From the NCBI GenBank assembly GCA_963815115.1, contig CAWFFN010000005.1, positions 1,056,001 through 1,120,000 on the forward strand: 64,000 nucleotides of DNA. The letters are read 5' to 3'. Position numbers and translations under genes: made by a program. The notes under the pieces were generated by a model, which was not told the DNA's origin, ran no database searches, and was given only the letters and a program-made list of their open reading frames with translations. Source of the stretch: an uncultured delta proteobacterium. GTDB taxonomy: Bacteria > Desulfobacterota > Binatia > DP-6. Of this stretch, positions 31,546-42,516 are shown one piece after another; position 1 is the stretch's first letter, and each line of letters starts with the position of its first letter.

Positions 31546-32024
31546 GTCGCCATCTCGGGGAACGCGCCCTGCTGCGAGCGCTCGAGGGGGAGAGTCGCCC
31601 CCAGGAGCGCGAGCATCTCGCATCGTGCGCCACGTGCGCCGGGCGCCGCGGGGAGCTCGCGCGCGAGGTTCGACTGCTCGGCGGCGTGCTGCGTGACGGC
31701 CCGCTGCCAGCGGTGCCGGCGAAGCCCGCGGCGAATGACCGGCCCGCAGCCGTCGGCCGCTGGGTGCCGGCGATGCTGGGCGCCGGCACGGCGGTCGCGC
31801 TGCTCGGCTGGACGCTGCTCGGCCGTCCGCCGGTGCCGGCGGAGGTCGCCGATGCCGAGCCTCTGTCGCTCGACCACGTCACCGCGGCGCTCTTCGCGAC
31901 CGACGAGGTCGAGGCGGTCGCCAAGCCGGTGCGGCGCTCGGACTTCCTCGCGGTGCAGGCCGCGCTGCGAGGGGAGTGGCCGTGCGCGTACCCCGATCCG
32001 TGGCTCGACCGCGACTGCAGCTGA
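31542..32024 (+). CDS. Zinc-binding anti-sigma factor (ZAS) with a TM helix
   Basis: H...HLASCATC (HxxxCxxC), one TM segment, ATGA overlap with the sigma gene. Confidence 0.75.
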   Translation: MSRHLGERALLRALEGESRPQEREHLASCATCAGRRGELAREVRLLGGVLRDGPLPAVPAKPAANDRPAAVGRWVPAMLGAGTAVALLGWTLLGRPPVPAEVADAEPLSLDHVTAALFATDEVEAVAKPVRRSDFLAVQAALRGEWPCAYPDPWLDRDCS

Positions 32025-32052
32025 ACCACGGAACCAGGAAGGAGAGATCGAC

Positions 32053-32595
32053 ATGATCAGGTACATTCTCGGGCTGAGCCTGCTGGCGGCGAGTCTGGCG
32101 CCGGTCGCGGCGCGGGCAGGTCCCGACATGGGTGGAGGCCCGCCGATGTTCATGCATGGCGGGATGCACGGGCCGTTTCACGACCAGATGCTGCTCGGAG
32201 ACGATCCCGGGCTGATGCTTCCGGCGCTGCTCCAGGGGGTCGGGCTCAACGAGGACCAGAAGAAGCAGATCCAGGAGATCCTGAAGACCAACCGGACGGC
32301 GCTGTTCGCGCTCTTCGGCCAGCTCCGAACCGCCAACCAGGCCCTCGCCGACAAGCTCATCTCGGCCGGCCCTCTCACCAAGGCCGACCTGCAGCCCCTG
32401 ATGGACCAGGTGATGAAGGTCCGGGGCGACATCATGAGCCACGGGCTCGACGTCGCCCTCCAGGTCCGGGGACTCCTGAGCCAGGATCAGCTCGCCAAGG
32501 CCGTCGAGGTGAAAGCCAAGATGCGCGAGCTGCGCAACCAGATGCGCCAGCTGCTGGGCGAGCCGGAAGCGCCTCCCCTGGGCGGCGGCGACTAG
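32053..32595 (+). CDS. Periplasmic Spy/CpxP/ZraP-like protein
   Basis: Signal peptide, Met/His/Gly-rich N-terminus, LNEDQ and LSQDQ (LTxxQ-like) motifs; RBS AGGAG. Confidence 0.8.
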   Translation: MIRYILGLSLLAASLAPVAARAGPDMGGGPPMFMHGGMHGPFHDQMLLGDDPGLMLPALLQGVGLNEDQKKQIQEILKTNRTALFALFGQLRTANQALADKLISAGPLTKADLQPLMDQVMKVRGDIMSHGLDVALQVRGLLSQDQLAKAVEVKAKMRELRNQMRQLLGEPEAPPLGGGD

Positions 32596-32778
32596 GAGAG
32601 CGACCCGAGACTCCGTCTCGGTCGGCACGGAGAGCGAGGTCGAGGCTGGCTGGACCGTGCGGCCGTCGTGCCGCGGCCGGCGAAGCCGGCGCGGCAGACG
32701 TTCCGGAGCGCGACCGCCCGATCCACCGAACGCCACACGCTCGCCTCCGCACTCGACCCGAGACGGAGTCCCGGGTCG
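32592..32778. mobile_element. MITE/REPIN-like element, short (internally deleted) copy
   Basis: Begins at CTAG; terminal hairpins CGACCCGAGAC-TCC-GTCTCGGTCG and CGACCCGAGAC-GGA-GTCCCGGGTCG; one internal hairpin at 32669-32696; homologous to 47990-48298. Confidence 0.7.
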
Positions 32779-32801
32779 AGAGTGCTTCTCGCGTCCGGCG
32801 C

Positions 32802-34079
32802 ATGCCCTTCATACAATGCCGGGCTCGCGTGCTGCTCTACCCCCGCGCCACCGTCGCTCGCGATCTCGACGCCGTCACCCGCGTCCGCTGGGAGGCGGAG
32901 ATCGCGCCGCGCGAGCTCGACGTCGAGGTGGACGCGCGGGATCGCGTCTGGACTGCGGCACAGCGGCTGTACTCGAGCGGCCTCCATCCTGCGCTCGCGC
33001 TCTGCGTCCGCCGGCACGGCGGCGTGCTGCTCGACCGCGCCATCGGCCACGTGCGCGGCAACGGTCCCGGCGATTCGCCGGATGCGGTCCGGGTGCAGCT
33101 GACGCCCGATTCGCCGTTCTGCACGCTGTCGGCGTCGAAGGCGGTGACCGCCATGCTGATCCATCTCCTCGATCAGCGGAATCTGCTCCGGCTGGACGAT
33201 CCGGTCTGCGAGTACATCCCGGAGTTCGCCGCGAACGACAAGCAATGGATCACGATCCGGCACGTGCTCACCCATCGCTCCGGCATCCCGAACCTGCCGC
33301 CCGAGGTGATGCACCTCGGCAGCCTCGGGGACCCGGACGCGGTGATCCGCATCCTCTGCGCGACGCGCCCGACGGGTCGTGCGGGCCGGCAGCTCGCGTA
33401 TCACGCCATCACCGGCGGCTTCGTCCTCGGCGAGGTGGTCCGGCGTGTGACCGGCAAGACCGTGCGCACGGTCCTCGACGAGGAGATCGCCAGTCCCCTG
33501 GGCTTCCGCTGGCTGCGCTACGGGGTCGATCCCGCCGACACCGGCCAGGTGGTCACCAACTACGTCACCGGACCGCCGCCGTTGCCGCCCCTGTCGACGC
33601 TGCTCCGGCGCGCGCTCGGCGTCAGCCACCGTGAGGTCGTCGAGATCTCGAACGACGTGCGGTTCCTCACCGGGATCGTGCCGTCGGGGAACGTGATCGG
33701 GACGGCCAACGAGATGAGCCGGTTCTTCCAGCTGCTGCTCGACGGCGGCATCCTCGACGGGGTGCGCGTCTTCGACGAGCGCACCGTGCGGCGCGCCACC
33801 GTCGAGCACTCCTACCTGGAGATCGACCTCACCCTGGGGTTTCCCTTCCGCTACGGCATGGGTTTCATGCTGGGAGCGGAGTGGTTCAGCCCGTACGGGC
33901 CCTATACCCGCCATGCCTACGGTCACATCGGCTTCACCAACATCCTGTGCTGGGCGGATCCGGAGCGGCGGGTGGCGGCGGCGCTCCTCACCAGCGGCAA
34001 GCCGCTCGTCTATCCCGAGCTCTATTACCTCTTCGACCTTCTGCGGCAGATCGGCCTCGCCTGTCCCGCGGTCGGCTGA
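32802..34079 (+). CDS. Serine hydrolase, beta-lactamase class C family (LipE-like esterase)
   Basis: SASK (SxxK), LTHRSG, AYHA, YGHIG, WADP. Confidence 0.9.
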   Translation: MPFIQCRARVLLYPRATVARDLDAVTRVRWEAEIAPRELDVEVDARDRVWTAAQRLYSSGLHPALALCVRRHGGVLLDRAIGHVRGNGPGDSPDAVRVQLTPDSPFCTLSASKAVTAMLIHLLDQRNLLRLDDPVCEYIPEFAANDKQWITIRHVLTHRSGIPNLPPEVMHLGSLGDPDAVIRILCATRPTGRAGRQLAYHAITGGFVLGEVVRRVTGKTVRTVLDEEIASPLGFRWLRYGVDPADTGQVVTNYVTGPPPLPPLSTLLRRALGVSHREVVEISNDVRFLTGIVPSGNVIGTANEMSRFFQLLLDGGILDGVRVFDERTVRRATVEHSYLEIDLTLGFPFRYGMGFMLGAEWFSPYGPYTRHAYGHIGFTNILCWADPERRVAAALLTSGKPLVYPELYYLFDLLRQIGLACPAVG

Positions 34080-34148
34080 CGCGCTCCGGCGCGCGCGGAG
34101 CCCCGGCAGGCTCTTGCCCCGCGGCATGGCGGCCGATAGACGCGAGCC

Positions 34149-34997
34149 ATGGCGATCCGACTCGCGTGTACCGGCGGCCGCGCCCAGCTCGTGCGCGGTG
34201 ATCGCTGCCTCGACGTCGAGCATGCCTCGAACGGGCGCTTCCCGGCCGATCCGATGGCCGGGCTCGGAGCCTGGAGTGCGCTCGTCGACTGGGGCAGCGG
34301 GCTCGGCGATGGCCGCTTCGACGAGCCGGCGGAACGCGCGCGCTTCGATGCGCCGGTCCCACGGCCCGCGAAGGTCTTCGCCATCGGCCTGAACTACCGC
34401 GGTCATGCGAGCGAGGCGGGGCTCGACCTCCCCACCGCGCCGATGGTGTTCACGAAGTTCCCGAACTGCCTCGCCGGCCCGCACGCCCGGGTGAGCCTGT
34501 CGTCGGACTTCGTCGACTACGAGGCCGAGCTGGTCGTGGTCATCGGCCGCCGGACGCGTGACGTCGCCGCCGCGCGGGCGCTCGAGGTCGTCGCCGGCTA
34601 CGCTGCAGGCCAGGACATCTCGGACCGCAAGCTCCAGTTCAGCGACAAGCCGCCGCAGTTCTCGCTCGGGAAGTCGATCGACTCCTTCGGCCCCCTGGGC
34701 CCGGAGGTGGTGTCGCTGGACGCCATCCCCGACCCCAACGACCTCGAGATCGTGTGCGCCGTGAACGACGAGCGCCTGCAGCACGCCCGCACGACCGACA
34801 TGGTCTTCTCGGTGCCGGAGCTGGTGTCGTACCTCTCCCGCTTCTGCACCCTGGAGCCGGGCGATCTGATCTTCACCGGGACGCCGGCGGGCGTCGGCTC
34901 GGTACGCTCGCCGCGCCGGTACTTGAAGCCCGGCGACGTCATCTCCACGGCGATCGAGGGCGTCGGCAACCTCGTGAACGTGTGCGTAGCGAAGTAG
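34149..34997 (+). CDS. Fumarylacetoacetate hydrolase family protein
   Basis: IGLNY..H, FTK, DYEAEL, QDISDR, GKS.D.FGP.GP, GDLIFTGTPAGVG. Confidence 0.92.
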   Translation: MAIRLACTGGRAQLVRGDRCLDVEHASNGRFPADPMAGLGAWSALVDWGSGLGDGRFDEPAERARFDAPVPRPAKVFAIGLNYRGHASEAGLDLPTAPMVFTKFPNCLAGPHARVSLSSDFVDYEAELVVVIGRRTRDVAAARALEVVAGYAAGQDISDRKLQFSDKPPQFSLGKSIDSFGPLGPEVVSLDAIPDPNDLEIVCAVNDERLQHARTTDMVFSVPELVSYLSRFCTLEPGDLIFTGTPAGVGSVRSPRRYLKPGDVISTAIEGVGNLVNVCVAK

Positions 34998-35019
34998 CGG
35001 CCCGACAGGAGGAGCGTTC

Positions 35020-35811
35020 ATGACGACCCTGCGCGAGCGGTATGGAGACTGGGCCGTGGTCACGGGTGCCTCGGCGGGCATCGGAACCGCCTTCGCGCGC
35101 TCGCTCGCACGCGACGGGGTGTCGTGCGTCCTGACGGCTCGCCGTGCCGACCGCCTCCAGGCGCTGGCGCAGGAGCTCCAGGGCACGTACGGCGTGCAGA
35201 CGCTGGTCGAGGCCGTCGACCTGGCGGAGCCGGGCGGCGCGGAGCAGCTGATCGCCGCCGTCGCCCACCTGTCCATCGCGATCCTGGTCAACAATGCCGG
35301 CTTCGGCGGCGCCGGCCGCTTCGACAAGCTCGACGCCGGCCGCCTGCAGGCGATGGTGCATCTCAACTGCGTCGCGCCGGTCGTCCTCACGCGCGGGCTG
35401 CTGCCCGCGATGGTGCAACGTGGGCGCGGCGCGGTGATCGTCGTCGGATCCGTGGCGGGTCGCCAGCCCCTCCCGCTGCACGGCGTCTACGCCGCCACCA
35501 AGGCCTTCGATCGCTTCCTCGGTGAATCGCTGTGGGCCGAGATGCAGGGCACCGGCGTCGATGTCCTGGTCCTCGAGCCCGGGGCGACCGCGACCGAGTT
35601 CCAGGCCGTGGCAGGTGAGCTGGCGCACGGCGGGGAGCCGCCCGAGCAGGTGGTCGCCGTGGCGCTGGCCGCGCTCGGCCGGCAGCCGTCGGTGATCTCG
35701 GGATGGCTCAACTGGCTGCGCGCGCAGTCCACCCGCTTCGTGCCGGACAGCCTCGTGCTCCGTCTGGCCCAGCAGGTGACGAGCGCCTGGACGCCCGCGG
35801 AGATGCGCTGA
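35020..35811 (+). CDS. Short-chain dehydrogenase/reductase
   Basis: TGASAGIG, NNAG, YAATK. Confidence 0.92.
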   Translation: MTTLRERYGDWAVVTGASAGIGTAFARSLARDGVSCVLTARRADRLQALAQELQGTYGVQTLVEAVDLAEPGGAEQLIAAVAHLSIAILVNNAGFGGAGRFDKLDAGRLQAMVHLNCVAPVVLTRGLLPAMVQRGRGAVIVVGSVAGRQPLPLHGVYAATKAFDRFLGESLWAEMQGTGVDVLVLEPGATATEFQAVAGELAHGGEPPEQVVAVALAALGRQPSVISGWLNWLRAQSTRFVPDSLVLRLAQQVTSAWTPAEMR

Positions 35812-35812
35812 C

Positions 35813-36643
35813 ATGGCGAGTGCCCGCCCGCGGGCCATCGACTGCTGGCTGAACGTTCCGGTCGGCTTTGCCAGCTACCGGCCCGAGTTCCTCGTCCGCG
35901 TGGCGCGCGACTACTTCAAGCGCGAGCAGGAGATCTTCGAGCCGGCGCCGCTGCCCGACCTGCTGCGCCAGATGGAGGAGTCCGGGGTCGAGCGCGCCAT
36001 CATCACCATGGACGCGAGCAACCCGGAGCCGTTCGACGAGATCGTGCAGGCGTTCCCGGGCAAGTTCCTGTGCTCGGCGGTGGTCGACCCCACACACGGC
36101 ATGGAGACGCTGCGCCTGATCGAGCGCCTTGCGACCAAGCACGCCCTCGGGCTCGTGCGCATCGTGCCCTTCCTGGTGAACCGGCCCCCGAACGACAAGA
36201 GCTACTATCCGGTCTATGCCAAGTGCATCGAGCTCGGACTGCCGATCTCGATCAACACCGGCATCCCGGGTCCCCCCATGCCGGCGGAGCCCCAGCGCCC
36301 GCTCTACCTCGACGAGGTGTGCCTGTTCTTCCCGGAGCTCACGGTGGTCATGGCGCACGGCGCCGACCCCTGGTGGGGCGAGGCGATCCGGCTCCTGCTC
36401 AAGTACCCCAACCTGTACATGATGACGTCGGCCTACGCGCCGAAGTACCTGCCGGCCGAGCTGATCCAATTCATGAACACGCGCGGGACGCAGAAGGTGC
36501 TGTTCGCCTCCGATCACCCGGTGCTCTCCTTCGAGCGCTGCCTGCGCGAGGCCGAGGCGCTCCCGTTCCGCGAGGGCGTCCTCGAGCAGTATCTCCGCGG
36601 AAATGCACTGCGTGTCTTCCGATGGTCCAGTGATGCAGGGTGA
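35813..36643 (+). CDS. Amidohydrolase family protein (Amidohydro_2 type)
   Basis: YYP.Y.KC.EL, FPEL..VMAHG..PW, KVLFASDHP, NA.RV. Confidence 0.85.
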   Translation: MASARPRAIDCWLNVPVGFASYRPEFLVRVARDYFKREQEIFEPAPLPDLLRQMEESGVERAIITMDASNPEPFDEIVQAFPGKFLCSAVVDPTHGMETLRLIERLATKHALGLVRIVPFLVNRPPNDKSYYPVYAKCIELGLPISINTGIPGPPMPAEPQRPLYLDEVCLFFPELTVVMAHGADPWWGEAIRLLLKYPNLYMMTSAYAPKYLPAELIQFMNTRGTQKVLFASDHPVLSFERCLREAEALPFREGVLEQYLRGNALRVFRWSSDAG

Positions 36644-36684
36644 TTTGCACCAGTCCGGGCGGTATAGTAGCCGGCTCGACTTCC

Positions 36685-37794
36685 ATGGGACCGCGGCTGG
36701 CAGATGCGACGAGCCGCACGCGAGCCTGGCTGGCCCTCGCTCTCGTGCCCGGACTCGGACCCGCGCAGGCGCGCCGCCTCGTCGAGCGCTTCGGCAGCCC
36801 GGAGGCGGTCTGTGCGCTGTCCCCGGCGGCGCTGGCAGGTACGGGTGTCGCGGCGGTAGTCGCAGACGCGTGGTCCCGGGCGAGCGGGCTCGCTGCCAGC
36901 GAGCTCGAGCGACTCGCCCGGCTCGGCGCCTCCGTACGGGCGTGGGACGACGCCGCCTATCCGGCACGGCTCCGGGCGATCGCCGATCCGCCGCTCGCGC
37001 TCGCCGTCCGCGGCGCGCTGGAGGCCGACGAGCTCGCGGTCGCCGTGGTGGGCGCCCGGCGGGCGAGCGCCTACGGCCGCCGGGTGGCCGAGGAGCTGGC
37101 CCAGGGGCTGGCGGCGGCGGGGCTGACGGTGGTGAGCGGGCTCGCCACCGGGATCGACGCGGCCGCCCACCGCGGGGCGCTCGTCGTCCGGGGGCGCACC
37201 GTGGCGGTGCTGGCGACCGGCGTCGACGGGGTGTACCCGCCCTGGCACGCCGGCCTCGCCCGCGAGGTGGCCGCCAGCGGCGCCCTGGTCTCGGAGTTCG
37301 CCTGCGGCACGCCGCCCCTCCCGCATCACTTCCCGCGTCGCAATCGGCTCATCAGCGGCCTCACCCTCGGCACGGTGGTCGTCGAGGCGACGCCCGGGAG
37401 CGGCTCGCTCATCACGGCGCGCTACGCGCTGGAGCAGGGGCGCGAGGTCTTCGCCGTGCCGGGCCCGGTGGGGGTCGCGCTGCACGGCGGCACGCACCAG
37501 CTCATCCGCTCGGGTGCGACCCTCGTGCGCAGCGCCGAGGACGTCATCGACGAGATCGCGCCGGCGCTGCGCGCACGGCTCGCGGCCGCGCGCGCGGCGG
37601 CGACTGCGGCGGCCCTGAGCGACGTCGAGATCCGGGTGATGGATGCCGTGCGTGCTGGCGGAGCGCACGTCGATGACGTCATCCGCCACACGGCACTGGC
37701 CCCGGGCTTCGCGCTCGAGACGCTGCTCGCCCTCGAGCTCCGCGGACTCCTCGAGCAGCAGCCCGGGATGCGCTTCCGGGCACGGGCGGCCTGA
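36685..37794 (+). CDS. dprA: DNA-processing protein DprA
   Basis: L..I.DPP, AVVGAR..S.YG, VSGLA.GID..AH, FP.RNRLISG, VVEA...SGSLITA..A.EQGREVFAVPG. Confidence 0.95.
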   Translation: MGPRLADATSRTRAWLALALVPGLGPAQARRLVERFGSPEAVCALSPAALAGTGVAAVVADAWSRASGLAASELERLARLGASVRAWDDAAYPARLRAIADPPLALAVRGALEADELAVAVVGARRASAYGRRVAEELAQGLAAAGLTVVSGLATGIDAAAHRGALVVRGRTVAVLATGVDGVYPPWHAGLAREVAASGALVSEFACGTPPLPHHFPRRNRLISGLTLGTVVVEATPGSGSLITARYALEQGREVFAVPGPVGVALHGGTHQLIRSGATLVRSAEDVIDEIAPALRARLAAARAAATAAALSDVEIRVMDAVRAGGAHVDDVIRHTALAPGFALETLLALELRGLLEQQPGMRFRARAA

Positions 37795-37796
37795 CC

Positions 37797-40240
<2,444 letters not shown>

Positions 40241-40244
<4 letters not shown>

Positions 40245-41581
40245 GCGAGCGGGTCGCCATCGTCGGCGGCGGGCTGGCCGGGTGCGAGGCCGCCTGGCAG
40301 CTGGCACGCGCCGGCGTCGCGGTCGACCTCCACGAGATGCGTCCGCGGCGCGGCACCGCGGCGCATGCGACGGATCGGCTGGGCGAGCTCGTCTGCTCCA
40401 ATTCCTTTCGCAACGCCTCGCTGGAGACGGCGGTGGGCTTGCTCAAGGAGGAGATGCGGCAACTCGGCTCCGTCGTCATGCAGGTGGCCGACGGCCACCG
40501 CGTCCCGGCGGGAGCGTGCCTGGCCGTCGATCGCACCGGCTTCGCCGCGGAGCTGACCCGCCTGATCGAGGCCGAGCCGCTCATCCGCCTCGTGCGCGAG
40601 GAGGTGACGGCCATCCCGGCGGGTCTCACCATCGTCGCCTCGGGGCCGCTCACCTCGCCCGCGCTGTCGGCGGCGCTCAGCGACGCCCTGGGCACCAAGC
40701 ACCTCTACTTCTACGACGCCATCGCCCCCACGGTCACCACCGACTCGATCGACATGGCGATCGCCTGGAAGGCGTCGCGCTACGACAAGGGCGGCGACGA
40801 CTACGTGAACTGTCCCCTGGGGCGCGACGAGTACTACGCGTTCGTGGGCGCCGTCGCGGCGGCGGAGAAGGTGCCGACGCGCGACTTCGAGCGCTGCGTC
40901 TACTTCGAGGGCTGCATGCCGATCGAGGAGATGGTCCGCCGCGGGCCCGACACGCTCGCCTTCGGTCCGATGCGTCCGGTCGGGCTGATCGATCCGCGGA
41001 CCGGGGCGCGGGCGTTCGCGTGCGTGCAGCTGCGCCAGGACGACGCCGAGGGCCGGCTCTACAACATGGTCGGGTTCCAGACCAAGATGACCTATCCCGA
41101 GCAGCGCCGCATCTTCCGGATGATCCCGGGCCTCGCGAAGGCGGACTTCGTGCGCCTCGGGAGCCTGCACCGCAACACCTACGTCGATGCGCCGGCGCTC
41201 CTCATGCCGTCGCTCCAGGTGGTGCACCGGCGGCAGCTGCTGCTGGCGGGGCAGATCGTCGGAGTCGAGGGCTACGTCGAGTCCGCCGCCACGGGCCTGC
41301 TCGCGGGGCTCAATGCCACGCGCCTGCTGCGCGGCGCGGTCCCGGTGATTCCGCCGCGGACCACCGCGCTGGGCTCCCTGCTCGCCTACATCACCCAGCG
41401 CGGGCGGAAGGAGTTCCAGCCGATGAACGCCAACTACGGGCTCTTCCCGCCGATGGCGCGGTCGCTGCGAGGCGGTGAGAAGAAGCGTGCCTTCGCCGAG
41501 CGCGCGCTCGGGGCGCTCGGGCGCTGGCGCGACGAGGCCGGGCTCGCGACCGCGGGGGCGGGCTCGGTGTCGGTGGCGTGA
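40241..41581 (+). CDS. trmFO: Folate/FAD-dependent tRNA (uracil-5-)-methyltransferase TrmFO (Gid)
   Basis: GGGLAGCEAA, ELVCSNS, YFYDAIAP, YFEGCMP.E, YNMVGFQT, GVEGYVESAA, FQPMN.NYG. Confidence 0.95.
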
Positions 41582-42516
41582 TGCCCGGCGCCGCCGGCTC
41601 GGAGGCACTGCGCGCCTCGGTCGTCGACGTCGGCAGCAACACGGTCCTGCTCCTCACCCTCGGCGTCCGGTCCGACGGTCGTGCCAGCACACGGGATTCC
41701 GCGCTGACCACGACGCGCCTCGCCGCCGGCCTGCGCGACGGCCAGCCCCTCGACCCCGAGGCGCGGGCACGAACCCGCGATGCGGTGGTGGAGATGGCGC
41801 GGCGAGCCCGGTCGCTGGGCGCCCGCTCGATCTGGGCCTTCGCCACCGGCGCCGCGCGCCGCGCCAGCGACGGCCGCGCCTTCGCCGCCGAGCTGGCGCG
41901 CGCCGCCGGCTGTCCCGTCGAGGTGCTGTCGGGCGAGCAGGAGGCCGCGCTGGCGTATGCGGCCGTGAGGCACGCGCTCGGCGGCGACGACGCGGCACTC
42001 CTCACGGTCGACATCGGGGGCGCGACGACCGAGCTGACCCTCGGCCGCGGCGATGCCGTCGAGGGCATGCTGAGCCTTCCGATCGGAGCGCTGGCGCTCA
42101 CGGAGCGGGGAGGGGATACGGCTGGCCTCGTCGACGCCGCGCTCGCCACCACCGAGCTGCCGGCCCTCGCGCGCGCGCGGGGGGCCGCCGTGCTGGCCTC
42201 TGGCGGGACCGCGACCGCGCTCGCGGCGCTCGACCTCGGGCTCCCGGCCTACGACTCCGCGCGCGTCCACGGTCACGCGCTGGCGGTCGGACGCCTCGCC
42301 GCGCTCGCGGGACGGGCGCACCGTGCCGCGGAGGGTGTCCTCGATCCCGGGCGCGCACGCGTCCTGCCGGCAGGGGCGTGCGTGCTGGAACGTGTGGCGC
42401 GTGCGTCGGGCGTCACCACGGTCCGTGCCAGCGACCACGGCGTGCGCCATGCCTATCTCCGGCAACGGCTCGCGAGCGCGGGAGTCGACGCCGACCTGCG
42501 AGCCCTGTGGGATTGA
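41581..42516 (+). CDS. Ppx/GppA phosphatase family protein (short form)
   Basis: VDVGSNT, AT.A.R.A, VLSGEQEA, DIGGATTE, GGTAT, R..VL.AG, S..GVR. Confidence 0.85.
   Translation: MPGAAGSEALRASVVDVGSNTVLLLTLGVRSDGRASTRDSALTTTRLAAGLRDGQPLDPEARARTRDAVVEMARRARSLGARSIWAFATGAARRASDGRAFAAELARAAGCPVEVLSGEQEAALAYAAVRHALGGDDAALLTVDIGGATTELTLGRGDAVEGMLSLPIGALALTERGGDTAGLVDAALATTELPALARARGAAVLASGGTATALAALDLGLPAYDSARVHGHALAVGRLAALAGRAHRAAEGVLDPGRARVLPAGACVLERVARASGVTTVRASDHGVRHAYLRQRLASAGVDADLRALWD

Noticed and set aside
36645-36668. TTGCAC...TATAGT promoter for dprA
   Set aside because: The spacer is only 12 nt. The -10 may be real but the pair is not supportable.
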